64,000 nt of DNA, taken from Tubiluchus corallicola (lineage: Eukaryota > Animalia > Priapulida). The notes below the pieces were generated by a model that ran no database searches, was not told where the DNA came from, and saw only the letters and a program-made list of their open reading frames with translations. The stretch lies in the NCBI GenBank assembly GCA_030141605.1, contig JAQGDQ010000172.1:381695-445694 (forward strand), read 5' to 3'. The position numbers were made by a program, and so were the translations under genes. Position 1 is the first letter of the stretch. Every line of letters begins with the position of its first letter. Shown here piece after piece: positions 52,054-64,000 of this stretch.

Positions 52054-53792
52054 AGACCTTGCCTTATTGCAGCAATTAGAGATTTCTGTGAATTTGTTTT
52101 CCACCTGCGCGGCGTTTTACATTTTTCCTCTTTAAAAACAGTCAATAATCAGAATTCGAATCTTGCCATTGCTCTCTGACGGTCACATAGGTCTCCTGTT
52201 TTCTCCTTCCATCCTTGCATTTAATACCATGTATAATTAACTCTTTCTCTTGTCTGTTGTTTCTCTCTCTCACTCTCTCTCTCTCAGACGTAAAATCTAA
52301 GAAAGTATAGGCGGGTTAGCACTGTGTTATGGTTTGTTTGTATAAGCAATGTGCAAATAAATACTATTTGCTTAAATACCAGACACGCTATAAAATTACG
52401 GAAAATTTATTACTTCTTAACATCATAAAAATAATGTTTTACGAAAATTTATAAATCGCCAAGCATAAAACAGTAGAACACATTAGCGGAGGAGGTGTGA
52501 AAATTCGGTACTAAGTGGTAAAAAACTTGGACAAAATTTTAACATTTCTCGAAATTTTAATAAAATTTCATTTAATGTGATATTTATCGTGACACAGTCT
52601 TGCATCTACATATCTTATAAATCTTATTAGTAAAAATTGTTGTCTGGCGAATACATCTAATGAACGTGGATTATTGAATAAGACGTCAATACGTCTTGCA
52701 TCAAAGTTACAAACTCTAGCTAGATTTTTGGCACATACTAACAGAATTTACCTAATTCAGTAAAAAAAACGGAGCATACAAAAACGTGTAAGAAATTCAG
52801 TATAATTTTGTATCGCAAGCTTAGTTTTTATATTAGCCGTTATAGAAAGGCCAGTCGTCAATCAAGATAAATAGTTATGTAGTAGAGTGCCGGACGAAAC
52901 CAAACGCTAGACTAGTTCCCTCCCTCCTCTATGTGCGTTTGCAGAAATATATCAAGTTTTATTTTAATTGCCTGCTTTTTTCTTATAGCCATGCCCCGTT
53001 CAAAACTGAAGTAGCGCAGTCAACATGTATACGACACTATACATTTGTCAATTAATGTGTCAATACATGCACAGACTGAAAGCTAATCTAGGAAAAAACA
53101 ACCTAACAAACGTCCATTACACTTAGCATAAAGTAATTACCAATTTTACGTTCACTTGAGATGCTGTTATCCAATTTTGTCTCTGAAATATCCGAAGATT
53201 TCTGAAACAGAAAATTTTTAACATCAACTTGGATTCGAAAATGCGTGATGTCACTAAAGTAGAAGTAGCCTTCTTATGCGGAGGTAGTTCTCACTAGCTA
53301 CCCAAGACCTACAACCTAGATTGCTTTATCCTGTAAATTATCAATTGTTTTTTTTCTATCAAGAACATTAATAATTGACCACCAATGACCTTAAAAATGT
53401 TCAAGGCAGTCCAGACAAGGTTGCATGTCAGAACCGGACACAATATGTTGCAGATTATTTACCATCAATATTCGGTTCTTATCCAGAAATAGTCTAGCTG
53501 AGCTATCGAATGGTAGATTCTTAAAATATCTCTTTTTTAATGATTTTGTTACGTTTATGAGTGCTTAGAAATCGTAGATCTTTCAGCACTGCTATTGACC
53601 AAGTAAAACATTACAGGTTTTAAGCATTACTTTTTAATTTTTTAGTTGTAAGCGCTACTCATTTGATCCAGACAATTTAAACGAAATTTCAATCTGTAAA
53701 TTGTTGCTTGTCACAATTTAATTGTTCACTGGAAACAAATCTAACTAAATCCATGTTAATTGGCGTGTTCACACATACACTTGAGAAGGAAT

Positions 53793-53890
53793 ATACAGTT
53801 CCCCACATGCTCTAAATACCCTAACCCTAACAAAACCCTAACCCTAATCCACTTCACGAACTAATTTCTTGAAGGTGGGAATTGTAATCT
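53793..53890. mobile_element. Shorter copy of the CCCTAA-containing element
   Basis: Shares a core with 48878-49110. Confidence 0.65.
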
Positions 53891-55589
53891 TGAGCATACA
53901 CTTCTAATATTTCAAATCAGTGTTTTTGTATAGAGTCCGCAAGAAGAATGAGTAAAATTGTTTAACCTATTTATTTGTTCAATCTGATGATATTAACCAA
54001 AATTGGCAAAAAGCATCGCCAAATGAGCAGCTCAACCGCCGCTGTTGTCCTGAGTAATAACATTACTCAAGTGAGGTAAACATTAAGTATGTTATACATT
54101 CAAATCTGCTCTAAAAGTAATTGTATATTACATCGTTATAGCAGTAGATTCAGTTAGTGATGATCACTTTAACATAATTACGCATTTGCAAAAACAGTAT
54201 CAATACCACAGCCAAAGACACTTCCTACGGAAAACGAAATTAAAGTCTTGTTCATATGGCTTAGAATTAATCAAGGAAGTAAAACCAACAAACTGCTAGT
54301 ATAATAAACGAAGTGGCGTTTCGCAAGCATAAATTTCCCTGCGCTAATTATCATGGAAAATTTTGGACCTTTAACTGAAGACTTGCTTAAAGTGAGAAAG
54401 AACCCAGAACGTGATGCAAAAGTAGCAAGACGTTTACTGCTACTACTCGGTTATAAAATTCTCTGTAAAAATAGTAAAAAAGTATTTTGCAAGATGGTTG
54501 CTAGATCAAAGTTTCTTATGTTATACGCACACTTATTCCGAATATTCTTTGTCCCTTCCTTCATCCGTTAGAGTAAGAAGAAATTTTATGATAAAACACA
54601 TCTCACTCATAGACTTAGATATAGACATTTTTTATTTATCTCCTAATTAACACCAGAATTACAAGATAAACAATAAGTGCTATAGTTAATTAACAATTGT
54701 GATAAAAAAAAGTATATAAAAGAAAGTGTCAGGGGTGCATGAGAAGGGGTAGCGAACGATCGATTGGTCATCAAAGTCAGGTACCCTTCTCAGAATAATG
54801 TAAATTATAAAAAAATCATAGCGTCGCTATAGCATTATTATAATTTATAGAATAGAAGATAAAATCACTGTTACTGAAAAATCTAGGGGGAACAAACTAT
54901 CTATGAAAGACGAGGTAACTAAATAGACCGCATGGTATGGAAGCAAAGCAATAAAATGAAAATATTAAATGGCACTCAAAAAACCTGTAAATTATATAAA
55001 TAACTGTTTAAACTATAAAATAAGGTCAAATCAGATCAAACCAAAGAAGAAAAAAATTATAATTGAAGAATCAAAATGGAAAACCAAATCTGCATGATAA
55101 AAGGAAGCTAAATAAAATGGAACGAATATGCGATGTTAATATTCTGCCAAAAATATCAAGGATAATGCTGAATAAAGTGTGGAACAAGAGAACTTATGTA
55201 AAGAAACACAGATGAAATAAACATAATATGCAAAGAAAACTGAATGACCAAATAGACTATAAGTCAAGAAACATAATATAATAAAAATTAAGGATAACTT
55301 GAAACAATGTGCAAATAACATAATAAGATGAAGATATGTAATGAGAAATACAGAACATGTAAGCGAAACAAAAGTGGAGCAACAAAATATAATTTTTATC
55401 ATATAACTGCTGGAGTCAATTAAAAAATATTTAAGTAAACTCATTTTTAATGTAATTGGGCGTTTTTGGAGAAAAAATGTACCACAACAATATAATTATA
55501 ATTAATAAATTAGTACAAAGGAAAACATTAAAACTAATTAAAATTATTATTTACAAGTAGAACTTAGTAGATAGAATAACACGCCATAA

Positions 55590-56880
55590 TTAGAGATAAG
55601 TATAGATTTATATTTGCACATCAAATAGCTAAGGTGCCATTTTTAAGTTCAACGGGTAAATTATTCCACAACAATGCATCTTGATAAGTCAGTGTTTTTG
55701 CCCTTTGTTAGTATTAAACCTTTGAACGTAGTAGGTTTGGTTACTAGCAAATCGTGTATGATATTCGTGTACATTGATTACAGATTTATAGCAATTCTGA
55801 AAAATTTCAGGACACATATTATGGTTGAACCTATAAAAAAATGTTTCCAACTCTGGTTTATACAAGTCCTGAAGTTTTAAGATTTTTTGTTGATAATATA
55901 AAGGTGTAACGTGGGCTCTTCTACTTGTATTTGTCCAGGGCTTAATAAATTTAGTTTGATTAGGGGATGCTGATCCATAGATAAGTACGCTATATTCTAA
56001 ATAGAGGAAGATTAAGGAATAATATAGAAGTTTCTTCGAATTATAATTCACGAATTTCCTAATTTTTGCAAATATACCTGTAATTGTACTAGTTTTATTA
56101 ACAATGTATTATACATGTGCTTTCCAAAAAAGACAGTAATCTATCAGTACTCCTAGATATCTTATTTGTTGCACTTCCCATTGTCAAATTTAATGTCAAG
56201 TTTTTTAGTTTTCTTGAATTACCAATCATCACATACTTGATTTTGGAATAGTTTATGGCCAGACGATTTGCCCTCATCCATAGATCTACCTTTGCTAATT
56301 TACTGTTAAGAAATTCTTCTAGCTGATTTATGTTAGTATCAGAACTGAAGGGGTTAGTATCGTCAGCAAGAAGTCTGGTATGTAATTGAGCATTAAAAGG
56401 GAGATCATTTATGTAGAGTAAGAAAAAAGGGGACCAGGAGTTGAGCCTTGTAGAACACCACATTGTACATTTAGCAGTTTTAGGTATTTATTAGCGATAG
56501 ATCTTTAGCGATTTATTAGCGATAGATATTCGGTTGAGTAAATACGATTGCAGTAACTGAAGAGAAAGGCCTCTGATACCGTAGTGTTAAAATTTGCCTA
56601 ATAAGATATCATTTTGTATCATGGCCTTCGATGGGTCTAAAAATATGGCATATGTGTAATCATTTTAGTCCATATTAAGTAACAGATTATCTACAAGTTC
56701 TGCAAAGCTAAGGCTGTGCTGTATCCTTTACGAAACCATACAAGTGACAGTAAAGATATTGACCTATAGTTAGTGGCGTTGTCGGGGTAATCGCCTTTAT
56801 AAATAGGAATGATTTTAGCTGTCTTTAGATAATTGGGGATTCTAGAGTCACTTTTTCTTGATGAAGCCGATTACCAATAC
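55590..56880 (-). mobile_element. Decayed CR1/L2-clade LINE ORF2 (RT); 3' UTR may extend to ~54630
   Basis: KTAKIIPIYK, FLDPSKA, FLLYINDLP, LLADDT, YSVLIYGS and LWNNLPVELK motifs, with frameshifts. Confidence 0.88.
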
Positions 56881-57774
56881 CACATAGTTGCTGGACTCCT
56901 AAAAAATTCGGAATAATAAAATGTAATGCGCTGTGCATGAGGAGCCCTGAGATCGTCCTTTTAATTATATGAGGAATAAAATTTGATAATGGTCAAATTT
57001 AGATACATGTTAATGTAATCCATTTTTTCTGGGCTACAAATATGACGAAGACCAAACAGCATAACATGTAAGACCTGAGCCAAAGCACATTGCGGATTGC
57101 CACACATACTGCACAAACCATACTTTGGAAAGGACAAGCCGCATAACCTGCACATGTCGCGTAAATGTGAACCTGCTTTAAATTAAGGAAGTGTAACGAA
57201 GTGTTGTACAAATTTTTGAAATCCTGCGTTACTTTATGTTACCTGATGCCTTGGCAATATCACAAATGTAATTCCTACTCCATTCGATTATGGTAATATT
57301 ATTCAATACTGTAATTGTGTTATCTGGTGGCGTACAGTGGCGTTAATTAGCTCACTGTGGAATCCTGTATAGGGCTGCAGGGCTGCCATCGCCATAAAAA
57401 CACGTATTCACGCATCTAACAATTCTCTATTCTTAGCAAACAATCCTTGCATAACATGTAACTAACGTCTGCTTCTTTCGGTATAATATAGGTTTGCTTG
57501 GTTTCAGATTAAAAATACTATTCTAATTACCCCCGGCTTAGCATTGCCCTTAGTCGTGATCTCTGAATATCCTGATACATCATTAGGCTGGCGTGAATAG
57601 CTTGCACCGGGGTGGACGAAGTTTATTGGCATGCTGTGACTGCTTAATAATCTAAGAAGATACTTTGTTCCAGTTTGAACTGGCAGACACATGGTTATCA
57701 GTTTTTGTTTGTTGTTCACAAAACCAGTAGCCATAAGAACTGCACAAACTGGATTTGTCTATCAACATGAACGG

Positions 57775-57985
57775 TCCCCATCGTCTCCAAATTGTCACCA
57801 TCGCGGCATGAGCCATCACCGTCGCTGCACAAACTGTCATTATTGCCTCACGAACTGTCACCATCACAATCGCCCCATAAACAATGATCATCTCCACCAG
57901 AACTATCATCATCGCTCCACAAACCATCGGCACACAAACAGTCATCATCGCCGCACGAACCATTTCCATTACCGCACAACCATTG
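57775..57985. repeat. Low-complexity CAT/CAC/CGC-rich degenerate repeat
   Basis: Produces spurious His-rich and Met-rich ORFs in several frames. Confidence 0.7.
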
Positions 57986-58239
57986 TGCGTGTATGTGTAC
58001 ATGAACTTTAAGATATGCTTAGAATATAAAGTAACGTATCTATTTAGTTTATTGTTTAGTGAAGTTTACTTGATTTCACTGCCTTATAATGTCATTGTGA
58101 ACTAGGAAACTTCTACTATTAAGTATGAAACAACAACAGCCAACGATAACATCACCATTGAAGTTTTAAAAAACAAACAGAGAAACAAACAAACAAACAA
58201 ACGCGCACACGCACTTTCACACATAGGAACACACAGATA

Positions 58240-58283
58240 CGCACACTTGCGCACCCACGCACGTACTCACACACACGCATACG

Positions 58284-58329
<46 letters not shown>
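58240..58329. repeat. (CA)n microsatellite
   Basis: Direct inspection. Confidence 0.95.
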
Positions 58330-58333
<4 letters not shown>

Positions 58334-61300
58334 TTAACGAGCAAATAAACGTATCGTATTTTTATTGCATTTTTAATATTTTTATTTAAGCTTAAATATA
58401 ATGTATAGCTTATACTCTAGGAGATGAAGTTCAGGTTTTGTTTGTTCAAATCTTTAATAAAATGTTATTGCTATAAGTGGCAATTGTTGCTATTGTGTTT
58501 CTAACGAGATTAGCATTTCCAAAGGATAAATACATTTAGCCAGCTATTTTCAAGATGGACGACTTGTCAAAAATAAAGGTTACAGTCGATTTCGTTTTGC
58601 AAGAAGCGCATAAAACTAATAAAACCGTGGTCGTTATAGCCTGACAATCAAGAAGTAGCTTAATTTTTCTTATTCTGCAAATTGCACCATTAGCACTCAC
58701 TTTTCAGCGTTAGATTTTCTGACAATAAGATTACTTACGTGGATTACAATGCAGACTAATTATTGCAGAAAAATGCTCGTATTTAACTAGACTGTATGGG
58801 ATTGTATGTAATACGGTAATGGCATCCAAGTACTTATATGAACTGACCTTGCTACGAGACCTTTTTGTATCTATTGCTGGTGCTTTTGCTTATTAAAAGT
58901 AAGTAGCAGACATTGTAGTTGAATTTACTCGTGTCGTTTAATAATTCATTAATAGTTTATTTATTCCAAGAGCAGAGTACAGACGCCTGCAATAACTTAT
59001 AGAAAAATACACAATATAGAAATAACATGAGAAATACTCTTATCTCAGACATATCCTAGCGATTAATGCAGCACAAATATTTATCGGCTCTAATCAGAAT
59101 GTGAACTTGCTAGAGCAGGCAATATGCAGAAAACTGGAGTGCAGGAGGTGCAAGATAAAAGGAACTGAGTGTGAAGATGTGGTGAGAAAGATTATGAAAA
59201 ATGAAGAATGACAAGGTGTAGGCATTACATTTACATTAAGATTTTAATAATGTTAATCAGCCATAGCAACCAACACAAAGAGATGCAAAGAGGTGGTAAC
59301 TGGGCACACTCAACAGGTGTCCCCGGCTGCGATCAATCGACAAAGCGTATGCAATAGGCGTATGATATGACTGATGGTAACTTACCATCAATATGATTTA
59401 ACTTATCATTATAAATTTATACAATACTGTATATTGTTATTTACACAAGCTAAATCTCAATAACATAGTGCAAACCGCTACCTTGGCCAATGTAAAACAA
59501 TAAAGTGAGTTATCAGCTTAGAAAAAGAAATGAATGGAACGGAATAAAATAAAATAAAGCAACTGTTGTGGATTTTAAATAAATTGAAACAAATAAACTA
59601 GAGACTATTTTTATGCCTCACACTCCCAATGAATCTATAATGTTCAAGAAAACATATTTTACTGACAGCTGAGCATGAGGATCATGAATACGCGTTCGCA
59701 AAAATATAAATTAAGTTATTTTTGCCCCTCATAAAGTAGGCCTGATTTTTCCCAATTCATCACAGTAAACACTTTTCAAAAATACACAAGTCTACATGCA
59801 AGGACCGGATTCTTTTAGTTGATGATGCTTAATTGCCATAATTACTGGTGCGTCACAGTGAAATAAAAAAGGCAATAAACATGGACGTGTGATTCACAAT
59901 ACAACTACATTAGATAAGATTTAATGTACCTAGAAATTCTCATTGTAGCATCTCATTGCTCGTCATGAATAAGTGACCAGTGTAGTTGCCGTAATAATTT
60001 TCCTTTGGGTGAAGGATGAATTCTTCAAAGAATGGTAGACGCAATCAGGTACTTCGCACGTTTATAAATGAATACAGGTATGCTGCACCGTAGCAGAGTA
60101 TATATGCCGTTTGAATGTCATTAATGAATGGGAGGACAGTCATTTCTTATATGAAGCACGACTTTACACCTTACTGTACATTCGATAGGAAACGTGCTAT
60201 TGTTCAGAATCAATTGAAGCAATCACATAAGCGCACGATAGTCTAAAAAAATTACACATTCACTTAGACTCGAACCTAGGACCTTCCACATTTAAGGCAG
60301 CTATACTAATTACGCCACAAAAAAACTCAGACTTTCCAAATTAGCTACAATTTTCTTCTGTGATTCTTGTTCAGAATGTTATGTGAATGTCATTGTTTCC
60401 TAGTAAGATAAATTTATAAATGGGATTTACATCTCGTGCAGCTGCGCTTCGCCACAAATGATTTATTCTTAGTAATGATTGTGGTCATTTCCACCCAGTT
60501 CCCGGGGATCTCACAAAATAATTGAACTCATGGGAAGAACATGAAAGTAAACCGAACGAATAATTTATAAATTTGTACTCTTGGGTGGACCACACCTGAT
60601 TATTAGAGTTGTCTTTAAAATGTTCTGTTGGTTCAATTACAACATTTGTCAAATCTTAACACAGCGTGGGACTTAAGTTCTAAAATGTCTCTGACGTTAG
60701 ATAAAACAGCTAATACAAACTAAGTTTCATAACGAGCGAATCCGTCTGTGAAACAAACATTCAGCAGCAACCATGCCGCCGTATTACGCTTGTCGTAAAA
60801 TGTCCTTTTGCAATGTTTGTCGGCGTCTTTTTCTGCCAAGATGATTAAAAATGTAAGACAGCGGCTGTCGTTAAAGATCATGGGTCAAGCTGTCGAAGGT
60901 GTTTCATTTAACTTCAGTCGACAAATTGCCAAATCTATATACTTGATCAGCTTAGTTAAAATATTCACTCCCACACAAAAAAAAGTTTTCTGGATAGTTT
61001 TTTCGAACATTGCAAGGCAGCTAAAGCAAATTTTAAGTGACTTTTTTCATATTTAGGCCATGTTGGACCACATTCCAATTTTTAATTGAAAATTGATTTA
61101 ATGTTTAATTTAAGTCTGTGCTGTTGTTAACCAAAAAAACGGCAAGCTTGAGATCGGTTTAACGTGGCATTAGCATCTAACCACAAAATTTTTATTTTCG
61201 CATGTACGAGTGGATGACGTTTATTCTCCGTTTACCCGCCTTCCCATCTATTTGCTAATGTTCTTATACTTGTAATAAAATTGTGTGCACGTCCAGATAA

Positions 61301-62346
61301 GGACAAAAATACTAAAGCTAAAGCCAACTGAATAATTCAATTTGGATACGGGTACCAAAACGTTGATGAAAAATAAAGTCGACTTGAACCTATACCACAT
61401 TACATCAACACTGTGTAGCTGTTGAAATTACTGCCTCTTACAAAATTAAGCTGAAAAATTTACCAATACTTTAATTTGTTTTAAGCAAATAAGTAGTGCT
61501 GTCATTGATTAAAGGAGCTAAATCGGGAACACTTACTGCAAAACAAAATTACTGTAATTAAAGCGCTTTTAATTTTCTGTGCTGAATTTGATTGATTACA
61601 AACTGGTCATGCATATGAAATTTCGCTATGGCACTATGCGTCATACGTGGATTAGCGCCCATTTTTAGCGCTATGCAAAGTCTCATACAGCAAGAATAGA
61701 CCATAGTATTTTTACTGAATTTTAATGCAATTGTAAAATTATCTTAACAGACAAAATGCCCTGTACCTTAGATGGAATGAATCAACAGAAATATATACCG
61801 ACATTTGATACATAACTCAATAGACTCAGTGAGAAGAAAAAACTAGATAACTTGAGTGCAGCCTGAATCTTGTAAGCTCATAGTAATTGTGTCAGTTCTA
61901 TGCAATAATGCAACGCAAGAACCCAAAATGCATATTGTGATACATGATGTAGAATTACGCTCATTTATTAAAAAATCACAAGCAACAAATCTTACTCGCA
62001 TCGCTAAAAACCTAGTAATCGGTTTCAAGTAAACTTGCAAATACAGAGAAAAACACAAAAACGTGTTGAATTTGAAGAGCATAACATTTTTAAATATATT
62101 AAAATACCGGAAATTAGCACGACGCTATTCAACGTGTTCATGAAGCGAGTAAAAGCAGTATACAGTGATTGAAAAAATTTTATGTAAAAGCGCAATGTAG
62201 GTTTTATATTATTTTCGTATTTTCACAAAATATGTTTTTCATGTCCATAAGGTACACTCGGTGCATTTTGGAAACGCTACACTGACCCGTATAGCTAAGC
62301 AGAATGTAAACTTAGAAGAAATTTCTTAGTGATCAGAAAATTACCA

Positions 62347-62358
62347 CTGCTGCTGTTG

Positions 62359-62411
<53 letters not shown>

Positions 62412-62485
62412 ACTACTACTACTACTGCTACTCCTGCTGTTGCTGTTGCTGCTGCTGCTGCTGCTATTGCTACTCCTGCTGTTGT
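62347..62485. repeat. (CTG/CTA)n trinucleotide repeat
   Basis: Direct inspection. Confidence 0.95.
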
Positions 62486-63699
62486 TTCTTTATAATTTGC
62501 TATTTCAGAAGTGTGCAGTGCTCGAAATCTTTTATCTGGATTCTTCGTAAAAACCAACCATAATTTAAGTCACGAAAATGGTGAATTACAGGAAAACATT
62601 CGCGAGCTTGAACCAATGTTTCTCCTGATCTTAATGTTGTCTTGATGGTAATATGTCGTTAAAAAATCATTGTGAATCAACACATCCTATTGAACAATGT
62701 CAAAGCGAATCATTAATTACCGAGTTTTCAAATGCGTATGAAATATTTGCATCTCACAAGATTTTACGCCATTATTTGCATGATGAAGTGTTTAAGGCAG
62801 AATGTGGCTCTGCAAAGGGCATATCGCTTGCGATAAATAATTGTTCGTGATTTATTAAGTCTTTGCAGCGTTTCAGAAAGGTTAGGCTGTTTTTGAAAGG
62901 TTACTTGCTCTTCAGTTTCACAATTTCTTGCATTGAATTTGGTTTCTTACGTTTCTTTACAACGTACGTTTCAGTGTAGTGCAATAATTTGTTTCTAGTG
63001 CACTTAGTAATTACTTTTACCAGGAGTTATCTAAAAAGGCCTGATTCAACTCACCTATTATTATTATACAGGATATCTCAGAACCCGTATAGATTAATTT
63101 AACCTATATGGATTAATCTAATTTTCAAATTTCTTTATACCTGATCGACTGATGGCGTTCACCTTGTGGTAAATTCTTGTTCAGTAGTTCAGAATTTTCT
63201 TGAGTGTACATTTGACGTTCGACTCAAGAGAAAGTTGATAGCATCAGACTTGAAAGCCAAGTTAGTGAGGAATTTCTGAAACACTCTAAACTCGCCTGTC
63301 TAATTTAGACTGTACGTAAATTTATTAAGCTAAATTATAGAACTGAAATCCTCAGTTGAAAATGAGAATAAAAAACGTATGGGCGAAACCAGTAAACAGC
63401 TTTGAGGAAACTGTTGTAAAAGGAACCAAAGAGAAGTAGCTGGGCACAATTACAATCCAGTTATATGATAAACAGCAAAACTACTTCATAGTTTTGAAAC
63501 ACCCGAGAAAGACCCTATGATTATGAATAGTCTACAAACTGTTGTTGTCGTTGTCGTTGTCGTCGTTATTGTTGTAATAGCCACAATGGCGTTGTTGTTA
63601 TGTATGTGTGTATGCGTGCGCGCGTGCGTGCGTGCATGCGTGTGCGAAAGCTTTTTTTGAGAGTTGTAACTAAAGATAATGCTGGCCAGGTAAGATAAA

Positions 63700-63845
63700 T
63701 TTATGCGTTGCTGAGAAACGAAATCCAACACCTCACGAGTTTCTCTTTAGAAGCTTTACCAGCCTTCAGCTTGATGTATGTGACAGGTGTCACAGACCCA
63801 TTAGAAAGAGCGTTTCGTAAAAAGAGTTTGTGCAAGCCAGGCCAA
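63700..63845 (+). mobile_element. Possible Penelope-like element fragment
   Basis: YVTGVTDPLERAFRK resembles the PY-x-G-S-x-L-R linker between RT and GIY-YIG. Confidence 0.3.
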
Positions 63846-64000
63846 ATGAATTCTAGTAATGAGATACAGTTAAATATATTTATTTTTCATTTTATATCAG
63901 GTCACCTCACTACATCAGTACAGTTAGTACGATAATTATAAACATTATTTACAAAGATGCACAATTTACCATGAAATTATTAGTAAGATTAATTTAACAA

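Noticed and set aside
56961-57211. Cys-rich ORF (CRLC...CSMC) resembling a zinc finger
   Set aside because: Short, does not fit a known finger spacing, and has no linkable exons.
57652-58105. His-rich and Met-rich ORFs (also 2761-3123, 21255, 30176, 39108, 50641, 62329)
   Set aside because: These are translations of simple repeats.

Overview
AT-rich animal (bilaterian invertebrate) genomic DNA. The only host protein-coding gene I can support is on the minus strand (~5.7-18.6 kb, with probable 5' exons further up). It is an 8-exon, ~509-aa Arg/Ser-rich splicing factor of the Srrm2/3/4 family, ending in a recognisable eMIC (enhancer of microexons) domain (SPSFKSRRRIT-S-ARKRPVPYRR) split by a phase-2 intron. 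I found no cwf21 domain in the window, so the protein looks SRRM4-like. The main observation is that the gene's own introns contain candidate frame-disrupting microexons with eMIC-target architecture (long UC-rich tract, UGC motifs, GTAAGT donor). One lies just upstream of the eMIC exons and another is 1 nt long. This suggests a negative autoregulatory loop, alongside several other routes to eMIC-less isoforms. The rest of the window is gene-poor: decayed LINEs, Penelope-like fragments, a Meta-type SINE, several MITEs/foldbacks, a ~40-bp satellite and microsatellites. Exon models were assembled by eye and need RNA-seq confirmation.
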